Shown: piece after piece, positions 39,561 to 47,521 of the stretch | How the letters are laid out: each line of letters opens with the position of its first letter | How positions within the stretch are numbered: the stretch's first letter is position 1 | Origin: Thermoprotei archaeon | GTDB taxonomy: Archaea; Thermoproteota; Thermoprotei; Gearchaeales; WAQG01 | Length of the DNA: 55,291 nucleotides | NCBI GenBank assembly: GCA_049976445.1 | Contig: JBMFIF010000004.1 | Span: forward strand, 1-55,291 | Direction: 5' to 3' | Program-made: the position numbers and the translations under genes | The notes under the pieces: generated by a model | Database searches by the model: none | What the model was told of the DNA's origin: nothing | The model's input: only the letters and a program-made list of their open reading frames with translations

Positions 39561-39811
39561 TTTTTACACCATCATATTCATATATTATGAAAATAATAAT
39601 GCTAAACTTAAGAACAAACTGTCTAAAAAATAGAACAATCCATTAGCTAATAACAAAGAGTATGTCTTAGTTTATAGATAACGTTATAGCCACGATCAGC
39701 CATCCAACTGCATTTAATACTTGTGGATATGCGTTATGGGCAAGGTGGAGTTGTGAGACAGAAAACCCCCGCCTTTGGTCAGGAGTAGCTTATAATAGAA
39801 ATAGGATAATC

Positions 39812-39999
39812 TGCTTTGTTGCATAATTTTGATGTGCTTTTTATGCTGAGAATTCTTTTGCTAGTTTGATGATGCCTCCTCACAGTTTTAATGAACACTC
39901 TCAACTAACATACATCAAAACATGTTAGCAAACATCATGAGATTGGAAGAGACACGCGAAATGCTCCACAAAACTATGCACAAAATATGCAACAAAGCA
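39812..39999 (-). mobile_element. MITE-A copy 3 (interior inverted relative to copies 1, 2 and 4)
   Basis: TIR 'tgctttgttgcataatt' ... 'aaatatgcaacaaagca'. 8-bp TSD 'ggataatc' (39804-39811 and 40000-40007). Confidence 0.88.
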
Positions 40000-40030
40000 G
40001 GATAATCGAAAATAATATAAGCTGGTTTTC

Positions 40031-41212
40031 GTGTTTATAATTGCTATGTTAATAGCGTTGTTTGGTTCCGGTTTTATTGGTAAGAGTTTAGTGAAGAAGT
40101 TGGTTAATTATGATTTTGTTGATGAGCTGGTTGTGGTGGATAAGAATCAAGAAGCGTTAGATATGGTAAGGAAGATGATCACAAGTGATAAGATTACGTT
40201 CGAGCGTCAGGATGTAAGTGATATTGATATAATTTCTAAAATAATTTCAAGAATGGATTTGTCTATAGTAGCCCTTCCTCCTTCATTGGTTGTGTTAAAT
40301 GTTATTAAGGTTTGCGCTGATATGGGATGTAATTATCTTGATTTAGGTTTAGGAGATTATCCTCTACTTGAGATTCTTAAAAATGAGGATATTTTTAAAA
40401 ATGCGGGTATTGCTGTATTTACTGGTTTTGGGTTAGCTCCTGGGATCACTAATATTATGGTAAAACATTTATCACATAGGCTTGATAGTATTGAGGAAGT
40501 GAAAATAAGAGATGGTTCGTTAGTGAATCCAGGAGACAGTATGTTTACTTTTACTTATTCTCCCTCAATTTTTTTGAGCGACTTTACTATAAAACCTTTG
40601 GTTTACAGAGATGGAGAATTTAAGCGAGTGCAACCTCTAAGCGAAGAGGAAGATTATGAGTTTCCTTCTCCTGTAGGAAATCTAAAGGTTTATTTGATAG
40701 ATCATGAAGAAGTATTTTCACTACCAAAGTACTTAGGAAAGGAGATGAAACATTTAGATTATAAGTTAGCTTTGACTGATGAAACATACCAAGTAATAAA
40801 GACTCTATTAAGATTGGGCCTTCTCAGAGATGATTATATAGAAATAAATGGTATAAAGATAAGCCCTAAATCTGTTCTTTTGGAACTTATTTTTAAATCT
40901 GTAAATCAAAGAGTTTTAGACGGTTATGAAATGTTAGTTGTGGATATTAAAGGATATAGAGGTGGTAACAAATTTAGGTTAAAAAGTTATATTTATATGA
41001 CGCATAAAGAAGCATTTGAAAAGTATAACGAAAACGCTACATCATATTTAACCTCTCTATTACCATTAACGATAGTAGAAATGTTACATAAAGGAGAAAT
41101 AGAGCAAACAGGTCTCATACTTCCCGAAATGCTCAACTGTGAGATCATGATTCAAAAATTAATATCTAAAGGATTACCTTATTTCGAGAAAGAAGAACCT
41201 GGACTTCAGTAA
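40031..41212 (+). CDS. Saccharopine dehydrogenase-family NAD(P)-binding oxidoreductase
   Basis: Rossmann N-terminus 'LFGSGFIGKSLVKKL' and 'GLAPGITNIM', typical of the saccharopine-dehydrogenase-like family. GTG start. Confidence 0.65.
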   Translation: MFIIAMLIALFGSGFIGKSLVKKLVNYDFVDELVVVDKNQEALDMVRKMITSDKITFERQDVSDIDIISKIISRMDLSIVALPPSLVVLNVIKVCADMGCNYLDLGLGDYPLLEILKNEDIFKNAGIAVFTGFGLAPGITNIMVKHLSHRLDSIEEVKIRDGSLVNPGDSMFTFTYSPSIFLSDFTIKPLVYRDGEFKRVQPLSEEEDYEFPSPVGNLKVYLIDHEEVFSLPKYLGKEMKHLDYKLALTDETYQVIKTLLRLGLLRDDYIEINGIKISPKSVLLELIFKSVNQRVLDGYEMLVVDIKGYRGGNKFRLKSYIYMTHKEAFEKYNENATSYLTSLLPLTIVEMLHKGEIEQTGLILPEMLNCEIMIQKLISKGLPYFEKEEPGLQ

Positions 41213-41228
41213 TTACCTGTTAAACTAG

Positions 41229-41478
41229 TATTGTTCCTTTTTTCTAGATGTTCGTGATCACCGCACAAGTTCATAATCATCAACAATCCTGTACTATTTC
41301 GTTCCTCGCCTTTGGAATGGCCGCTTAAAGGACTAACCCAAACCATATAGATATGGACTTCATAACAATACAAAACCACAAACTTCTATAGAAATCTATC
41401 CATTTGAGAACTGCCATCTAACCTTCTACTTCTAAAAGTACAAAAATCCTAGTGAAAGAGGTTTTTTGAGGGTTTCAT
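41229..41478 (+). repeat. Repeat B copy 1 (asymmetric element without a TIR, about 250 bp)
   Basis: Collinear similarity to 49054-49275: 'tattgttcctttttt...gttcgt...aggactaac...caaaaccacaa...gagaactg...gag..tttcat'. No consistent ORF. Confidence 0.55.
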
Positions 41479-41763
41479 GAAATTTCTATTAATAATTCTT
41501 TAACACTCTTATTCTATCTATTCACTTTACAGAGTAAAAATACTATTATATAATGATATTCTTATAGAATATATGCTTGTTTAAAATCATTTACCTAACT
41601 CTTCTTATCAGATCATAAACCTAATAAAATATATACTCAGGTAGTGTATAGTATTTTTGGTGATGTTATGATAAGTTCAAACATTCGTACAGCATCCGCA
41701 TATATTCTAGCTTTTAGATTCTTAAAATCTATGAATAATTATTTATAAAATTGTTTTGTTGGG

Positions 41764-42432
41764 GTGATATCTTTGAATATAGAGCACAGCAATGAAGTTA
41801 GAATTTCTGAGAATATTGTTGTTAATGGTAACAAGAAGACTATACGATTAAGCAAGCAAACATACATTGCTGAAGATATTATGGCAATTAATTTCGCAAG
41901 AGTTCTTGAAGAGTTTAGCTTGAAGTATGCTGTCGTGGCTGGATATATAGCTATACTGTTTGGTCGTGCAAGGAGAAGTGACGATATAGACTTTATTGTT
42001 GAAAAGATTAATGAAGATATTTTTGTTAAACTCTGTAAAGCCTTAAAATTAGTAGGATTTTCTTTTATACAAGGCAATGTATCATCTGAGGATTCAGTCA
42101 GAGATATTTATAAACGATATCTAGCTGAAGGTCATGCTATTCGTTTTATATATGAAAATATCTTTTTGCCTAATATTGAACTTAAGATGATTAGTAGTCC
42201 TTTTCATGATTATTCCATTAAGCATGCTTATATTGTTATACTCAATGATAAAGACAAAATTAAGATTGCTCCATTAGAGTTCCAGATAGCTTATAAGTTA
42301 TATTTAGGTTCAGCAAAGGATGTAGGTGATGCGGTATTTCTTTATAACTTGTTTAAACCTACTATTAAAGAAGACGAATTAGAAAAATGGTGTATGGAGT
42401 TAGAAGTAGACTTACATATGTTACATAGGTAA
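41764..42432 (+). CDS. Nucleotidyltransferase-fold protein (AbiEii/DUF6036-like minimal NTase plus helical C-domain)
   Basis: 'VVAGYIAILFGRARRSDDIDFIV' (G-x-...-S-x-D-x-D pattern) and C-terminal 'APLEFQIAYKLYLGSAKDVGDAVFL'. GTG at 41764; an alternative ATG lies at 41881. Confidence 0.6.
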   Translation: MISLNIEHSNEVRISENIVVNGNKKTIRLSKQTYIAEDIMAINFARVLEEFSLKYAVVAGYIAILFGRARRSDDIDFIVEKINEDIFVKLCKALKLVGFSFIQGNVSSEDSVRDIYKRYLAEGHAIRFIYENIFLPNIELKMISSPFHDYSIKHAYIVILNDKDKIKIAPLEFQIAYKLYLGSAKDVGDAVFLYNLFKPTIKEDELEKWCMELEVDLHMLHR

Positions 42433-42442
42433 GGCGTCATCT

Positions 42443-42682
42443 ATGACCATTGCTCTTAAAAAGGTCATCGAAAAGGATAAGAAAAGGATTATCGAGGATG
42501 AGATTGAGCATGCTAAATGGGAAGCTGAGATGGTTAAGAAACTTGGAAATGAATGGTTTGAAATAAGAGATAAATGGCTTAGTGAAGCATTTAAGGCAGA
42601 TCAAAAACTGTTAAAAGATCCAAAAATACGAGAATCACTAATCAAAGCAATCCTAGCAAAAAACCACGATAATCTCCAGTAA
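42443..42682 (+). CDS. Small charged alpha-helical protein coupled to the NTase gene
   Basis: 79 aa starting 11 nt after the NTase stop. Lys/Glu-rich with no recognisable motif. Confidence 0.4.
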   Translation: MTIALKKVIEKDKKRIIEDEIEHAKWEAEMVKKLGNEWFEIRDKWLSEAFKADQKLLKDPKIRESLIKAILAKNHDNLQ

Positions 42683-42915
42683 CCTTTTAGTAAGATATTT
42701 TATGGAAATAACGCTTTAAGGACAATAAAAACAATCATATAATAATAGCGAATTTATCTTTAAATAGAACAATTTTTATATCTAATATAAAAATATTCAG
42801 AGACGTAAAGAAACTCGCAGTAATCATGCCAAACATACACTAAATCTTTCCCGTAACATATAATGTTCTAAATCTCTTGAGTTAAAGATTAGGTGAGAGT
42901 TTGCCTTGTGTTTTG

Positions 42916-43269
42916 TTATTCGCTTAGTTTTTTAAGTATTTTGCGGATGTCTGCTGGGTTTGTGTTGAGTATTTTTGCTATGTCTTCTATTGATAGTGAG
43001 GGGTCTGCTGTTAGTAGTGATTTTACTTTGTTTTCGAGTCTTTGTTCCTCGCTGCCTTCATCGAAGAAGTTGATTTGTGCTAGGACCGAGCCACTTATAA
43101 ACACTCTTGGTATTCTATTTCCTTTTTCGTAAGCTTCTTCTAGTATAATACTGTTGTCTTGTGGGTTAAATAGGGCTAGTTTTCCAACTATTACACGTCC
43201 ATCGAGAGTTCTGATTTCTACGATAGTTCCTATTTTATCCCTAATCTTGCTGTATATTGAGTTGCTCAC
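42916..43269 (-). CDS. Sm-like (LSm) domain protein with a C-terminal HTH-like extension
   Basis: Sm1/Sm2-like 'IGTIVEIRTLDGRVIVGKLALFNPQDNSIILEEA...RVFISGSVLAQI', followed by 'LSIEDIAKILNTNPADIRKILKKL'. Confidence 0.6.
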   Translation of the reverse strand: MSNSIYSKIRDKIGTIVEIRTLDGRVIVGKLALFNPQDNSIILEEAYEKGNRIPRVFISGSVLAQINFFDEGSEEQRLENKVKSLLTADPSLSIEDIAKILNTNPADIRKILKKLSE

Positions 43270-43420
43270 ACACTACACCACTAATAAATTGTACAATTGG
43301 ATTTAAAAGTTTAAGCTATACGTGTCTAAGAACGTATGGTTAGCATTGTTTTATAAAACGAAATTTGTCATTTAGAGACATTCCTTAATTGATCAATATA
43401 TGATCAAAAATAAATCGTGT

Positions 43421-44464
43421 TTAGAAAAGTTTGAATGATAGGTTATCTACTAGTTTTTTAATGGTGCTTAAATGTTTGTTATCTAGAATGTTGAGTTTTG
43501 AATAAAGACTTAAATATTTTGTCGCGTCGTCCGCAAATATTAGGACTGCAATTCCTTTGACACCTTCGTTGCTAAGTTTTAATGCTGCTGCTAGTACGGC
43601 GCCTGAAGAAGGCCCTATTAGAATGTTTTCTTTTTCTGCAGCTAGTGCTACAGCCTTGAATGCCTCTTCATCGTTTATTCTTATCCATCTGTCAATGATC
43701 TTAATTCTCTTGGAGAGTACTGGTGGTATGCCTGATTCTTCAAAGTTTCGTAGTCCTTGTATATGATGGTTTTTCTGTGGTTCCACAGCTATTATTTCAA
43801 CGCTTCCGTGTTCTTTTAAGTATGTACCTGCACCCGATATAGTGCCTCCTGTTCCGACACCTGCTATAAAGTGTGTGATTTCTCCCTTAGTTTCTTTCCA
43901 TATTTCTGGTCCTGTACTTTCGTAATGTGCTAAAAAGTTTGCCTCGTTTTCATATTGGTTTGGCATGAAGTATTGATCAGGATAACTCTCAACTATGGAT
44001 TTAGCTAGTGCAATGCTTTGATCTGTTCCTTTGCCAACTCTAGGGCACAGGTCGTCCGGTGTTTCAAAGATTTCCGCTCCTATGCTCTTTATTAATAGTT
44101 TTGTTTCATCACTTATTGCCTGAGGAACTACTGCATAAAATTGATATCCTAATGCTCTGGATATGCATGCCAAAGCTATTCCTGTATTACCTGATGTTGG
44201 TTCTATTATTTTTTTATTTTTAGAAAGTAATCCTTCGTTTTCAGCCATTTTAATCATCCAATATGCTGCTCTGTCCTTCAGAGAACCAAATGGGTTTGCC
44301 CATTCTAACTTTGCATATAGTTTAAGTCCTCCATTTTCTAGGTTACTGAGACGTAATAGGGGGGTATTTCCAACTTTTAATTTGTCGCTTGTTAGTAATC
44401 CTTTACTAGCTAGACTTATGTTGTTGATCCAATATTTTATAACGTTAATGTTTAACTCGTACAT
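43421..44464 (-). CDS. Cysteine synthase / O-phosphoserine sulfhydrylase-type PLP enzyme (CysK/CysM family)
   Basis: PLP lysine 'GSLKDRAA', 'PTSGNTGIALA', 'GVGTGGTISG'. 347 aa. Confidence 0.85.
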   Translation of the reverse strand: MYELNINVIKYWINNISLASKGLLTSDKLKVGNTPLLRLSNLENGGLKLYAKLEWANPFGSLKDRAAYWMIKMAENEGLLSKNKKIIEPTSGNTGIALACISRALGYQFYAVVPQAISDETKLLIKSIGAEIFETPDDLCPRVGKGTDQSIALAKSIVESYPDQYFMPNQYENEANFLAHYESTGPEIWKETKGEITHFIAGVGTGGTISGAGTYLKEHGSVEIIAVEPQKNHHIQGLRNFEESGIPPVLSKRIKIIDRWIRINDEEAFKAVALAAEKENILIGPSSGAVLAAALKLSNEGVKGIAVLIFADDATKYLSLYSKLNILDNKHLSTIKKLVDNLSFKLF

Positions 44465-44470
44465 ATCTGT

Positions 44471-44699
44471 TCAACCTACCGTGATCTTAATGATGTAGTT
44501 GTCATTATTATCGGTTATTGTAAATTTATAACCTCCATTTGTTAGTGTAGTAATAAGTGATCGTAATGTCGACTCGGATTTATCACATATCACTTCGATG
44601 CTTACTTCTTTTTCTATGTTTTTTATTTCGTTTAATTTTTTAATAGTTAAGAAAGATGGATACGGACGGGGGCATTCCTGGCATAAAAATTTTGTTCAT
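44471..44699 (-). pseudogene. TusA-like sulfur carrier domain (CPxP). It has no in-frame start unless a 1-nt frameshift is allowed.
   Basis: The frame ending in TGA at 44471-44473 reads '...CQECPRPYPSFLTIKKLNEIKNIEKEVSIEVICDKSESTLRSLITTLTNGGYKFTITDNNDNYIIKITVG'. The only upstream ATG (44699, 'MNKIF') is in the +1-offset frame across a T5 run (plus-strand A5 at 44685-44689). Confidence 0.55.
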
Positions 44700-44855
44700 A
44701 GTATCTTTACGTATTAAATCTAAACCTTTCATCGTTGCATATAAATGAGCTTTTACACCTAAACTGCTAGCTGCTAACATTAGAGTCAATGCCGGATATA
44801 CACGTTCTGGTTCATTTGAAACTAAAACTATATGCAATTCTTGTTTATCACTCAT
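44640..44855 (-). pseudogene. DsrE/DrsE-family N-terminal fragment
   Basis: 'ELHIVLVSNEPERVYPALTLMLAASSLGVKAHLYATMKGLDLIRKD' matches the N-terminal half of DsrE-like proteins. The frame terminates early (71 aa) and overlaps the TusA-like frame. Confidence 0.5.
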
Positions 44856-45076
44856 ATGAATCACTATAACATATGTTATAGCTGATATATAAACTTGATG
44901 ATGAATACGACTTTTTACAAAAAGTTTATCATAACAACTCTGTTGTTTTCTGATGATTATTATCAATATATCTATTGTCACGAAAATTGTTTACTCATGA
45001 GAATATTTTATGTTATTTTTCCAATTTTTCCTTAAAGTTTATTTTTATGTAGGAATCGCTTAAAGTGGTGAACAAG

Positions 45077-45547
45077 ATGCCAGTTAATATAGGACAGAAA
45101 GCTCCTGATTTTACACTACTAGACATGAATTTTAAACCTAGGAGCTTACAAGAGTTTGTTTGTTCCCAGAATGTAGTATTAGTATTCTTTCCAGCAGCAT
45201 TCAGTTCTGTGTGTACTAAAGAGATGTGTACTTTTAGAGATAGTATGACAAAATTAAACTCACTTAAAGCTAATGTAATAGGAATTAGCGTTGATACGCC
45301 GTTTGCACAAAAAGCATTCGCTGAACATAATAAACTTAATTTTACGCTCTTAAGTGATTTCAATAAAGAAGTAATAAAACTTTATGATGTTGTACTCCAA
45401 GATTTGCTGGGGTTAAAAGAGCTTGCAAAAAGAGCTGTCTTTATAATAGATAAAGAAGGCATTGTTAGGTATAAGTGGGTTTCTGATGATCCAAAGGTTG
45501 AGCCCAATTATAATGAAATAATAAAAGAATTAGAGCGTATTGGATAA
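45077..45547 (+). CDS. Peroxiredoxin (AhpC/TSA/Bcp-like)
   Basis: 'VLVFFPAAFSSVCTKEMC' peroxidatic-Cys motif. ATG at 45077. Confidence 0.88.
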   Translation: MPVNIGQKAPDFTLLDMNFKPRSLQEFVCSQNVVLVFFPAAFSSVCTKEMCTFRDSMTKLNSLKANVIGISVDTPFAQKAFAEHNKLNFTLLSDFNKEVIKLYDVVLQDLLGLKELAKRAVFIIDKEGIVRYKWVSDDPKVEPNYNEIIKELERIG

Positions 45548-45569
45548 ATAATATTTTTGATATATTTTA

Positions 45570-46337
45570 TTGGTGGTTTTTTTGAAACTAAAGGGTGAAG
45601 TAGCTGTTATAACTGGATCCAGTAAAGGTATTGGAAGGTTTATAGCATTAGAATTTGCTAAAGAGGGTGCAAAAGTTGTAGTCAACTACTCTAAATCCAA
45701 GGATGAAGCTGTGAAAGTAGTTAGAGAGATTCAGGAGTTAGGTTCTGAAGCTATAGAAATCCAAGCTGATGTTTCATCTGAAGGTGATGTAAAAAAACTC
45801 TTTGATGAGACTGTAAAAAATTATGGATACGTTAGTATATTAGTTAACAATGCTGGTCATGGCTCGAAAGCTTATTGGAACCTGAGTCTCTGGGATATAA
45901 ATAAAAGGGAGTGGGACGAAGTGTTTTCAATCGATCTTTGGGGAGCGTTTCTCTGTTCTAAAGAAGCATCCAAAATTATGCTTAATCATGGTCATGGTAG
46001 TATAGTAAATATAACTTCTACACCTGGTGTTGCGGGAGGTAGTGATGGAATTATCTATGCAATTGCAAAATCTGGTGTTGTAGGATTAACAAGAACACTC
46101 GCTAATATATTAGCACCAAAAATAAGAGTTAATGCTGTAGCGCTTGGAAGTGTTAGAACCGATTGGTTACAATGGATTAGTAATAAAGAAATTGAAGAAC
46201 TCATTAATCATATTCCACTAAAAAGACTTGGTGAACCAGAAGAAGTAGCGAAAGTAGTGTTATTTCTTGCATCACAAGACTCAAGCTATATAACAGGGCA
46301 AGTAATTATTGTTGATGGAGGTGTAGTGACTTGGTGA
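45570..46337 (+). CDS. Short-chain dehydrogenase/reductase (FabG-like)
   Basis: 'ITGSSKGIG', 'NNAG', catalytic 'YAIAKSG'. The start is ambiguous (TTG/GTG at 45570-45582). Confidence 0.88.
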   Translation: MVVFLKLKGEVAVITGSSKGIGRFIALEFAKEGAKVVVNYSKSKDEAVKVVREIQELGSEAIEIQADVSSEGDVKKLFDETVKNYGYVSILVNNAGHGSKAYWNLSLWDINKREWDEVFSIDLWGAFLCSKEASKIMLNHGHGSIVNITSTPGVAGGSDGIIYAIAKSGVVGLTRTLANILAPKIRVNAVALGSVRTDWLQWISNKEIEELINHIPLKRLGEPEEVAKVVLFLASQDSSYITGQVIIVDGGVVTW

Positions 46338-46813
46338 AGGTTAAAAGAGTAAAGAAAGACAGCCCAGGAATATTCATAGAGGCTGATTTTGATTATTCAC
46401 ATTTCATACCAGAACACCGAAAATGCTATCCTCTACATGGACATACATCCAAAGTAATAGTTTATCTCTATGGAAAACTAGTCGGATTAGATATGATATT
46501 AGATTTTGCTGAGGCAAAAAAGTTAGTAAAAGATGCAATAAGTATTATAGATCATAAATTAGTAACAGGAAAAAAATACGTAATCCAAGAATCAAATGAC
46601 ATAGTAATAGTAAGCTATGGTAAGTTTAGATTTGAGCTACCAAAGGATAATGTATTTATAATAGATGGAGAAGCAACTTCTGAGAACATAGCAAAAGCAA
46701 TAGCAAACTACATAATGACTAAAGCCCCAGAAAATATACACGAGATTCAAGTTCAGGTATATGAGGGAGTTAATAAAGGAGCCGTAGCAACAGCATCAAG
46801 AGATTCGATGTAA
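46331..46813 (+). CDS. queD: 6-carboxytetrahydropterin synthase / PTPS family (QueD-like)
   Basis: 'CYPLHGHTSKV' (Cys plus HxH zinc motif). 160 aa. Confidence 0.75.
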   Translation: MVKVKRVKKDSPGIFIEADFDYSHFIPEHRKCYPLHGHTSKVIVYLYGKLVGLDMILDFAEAKKLVKDAISIIDHKLVTGKKYVIQESNDIVIVSYGKFRFELPKDNVFIIDGEATSENIAKAIANYIMTKAPENIHEIQVQVYEGVNKGAVATASRDSM

Positions 46814-46878
46814 CTCTTTTTCTAAGTAGTAATTTAACTTTAAATATTTCCTCTATAGATGAATAAGATGAAAAGCAG

Positions 46879-46969
46879 GCTGGGGTAGCCAAGTCTGGTT
46901 AAGGCGCCGGCTTGCTAAGCCGGTGACGGTAGAACCGTCGCGCGGGTTCGAATCCCGCCCCCAGCGCCA
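46879..46969 (+). tRNA. tRNA-Ser (anticodon GCU) with an encoded CCA
   Basis: Hand-folded cloverleaf: acceptor gctgggg/ccccagc; anticodon stem ccggc/gccgg with loop 'ttGCTaa'; long variable arm gacgg-tagaa-ccgtc; T arm gcggg-ttcgaat-cccgc; discriminator G then CCA. Confidence 0.92.
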
Positions 46970-47189
46970 TTCTTAATCTATCCACCAAGTTTATTAAGCA
47001 TACTCAAAATACAGTAGAAACAAATCTCAGAACAAATTCTGTCACAAGCGATAATTACAAAGAACAGAAGTCTACCGAGGAAAAGATCATATAACTATCA
47101 CAGACGGGATTTACAAAGTGAAAATATACCTTTAAGATTTTATGATAGCCCTAAATTTTCTAACTTTTTAATGAACTCTATCTTTCTTT

Positions 47190-47391
47190 TGCTTTGTTGC
47201 ATAATTTGTGCGTGATTTTATGAAGCGTTTCACATATTTCCTCCAATCTCATGATGCTTACTGATGTATTTTGATGCATGTTGGTTAGGAGTGCTCATCA
47301 AAATTATGGGAGAGTGCCATTAAACCATTAACCCATAAGAATTCTTAGTATAAAAAGCTCATCAAAAACATCAGAATTATGCAACAAAGCA
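47190..47391 (+). mobile_element. MITE-A copy 4 (no TSD)
   Basis: TIR 'tgctttgttgcataatt' ... 'aattatgcaacaaagca', with the interior close to copy 2. The flanks 'ctttcttt' and 'agtctcgt' do not match. Confidence 0.8.
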
Positions 47392-47438
47392 AGTCTCGTA
47401 CTGAACACCAAAAAATTGTAGCATCTGCTACAAGGGAA

Positions 47439-47487
47439 GAGGCTACGGATAAGCCATTAACCACAGTATCACTAAGTGGACAATCCT
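47439..47487 (+). mobile_element. MITE-C copy 2 (degenerate, internally deleted)
   Basis: 'gaggctacggataagccattaaccacag...tatcactaagtggacaatcc' aligns to the other C copies, with mutated ends and a deletion of about 12 bp. Confidence 0.6.
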
Positions 47488-47493
47488 GAAACT

Positions 47494-47515
47494 TGCTTTG
47501 TTGCATAATTCTGAT
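47494..47515 (-). mobile_element. Solo MITE-A end (right-end type, inverted)
   Basis: 'tgctttgttgcataattctgat' equals the reverse complement of the right end of copies 1, 2 and 4 ('atcagaattatgcaacaaagca'). Similarity stops after about 25 bp, 6 nt from the stop of the 47522 gene. Confidence 0.65.
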
Positions 47516-47521
47516 ATGAAA

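Noticed and set aside
39690-39800. Relatively GC-rich patch upstream of MITE-A3 sharing 'cgcctttgg' with repeat B and 'cccccgc' with the IS left end
   Set aside because: The matches are under 10 nt. No convincing fold, ORF or collinear alignment to repeat B could be established by eye.
41739-42077. 112-aa minus-strand ORF opposite the NTase gene
   Set aside because: The plus-strand frame carries the NTase G-S...DxD motif and a coupled downstream ORF. The minus-strand frame is low-complexity.
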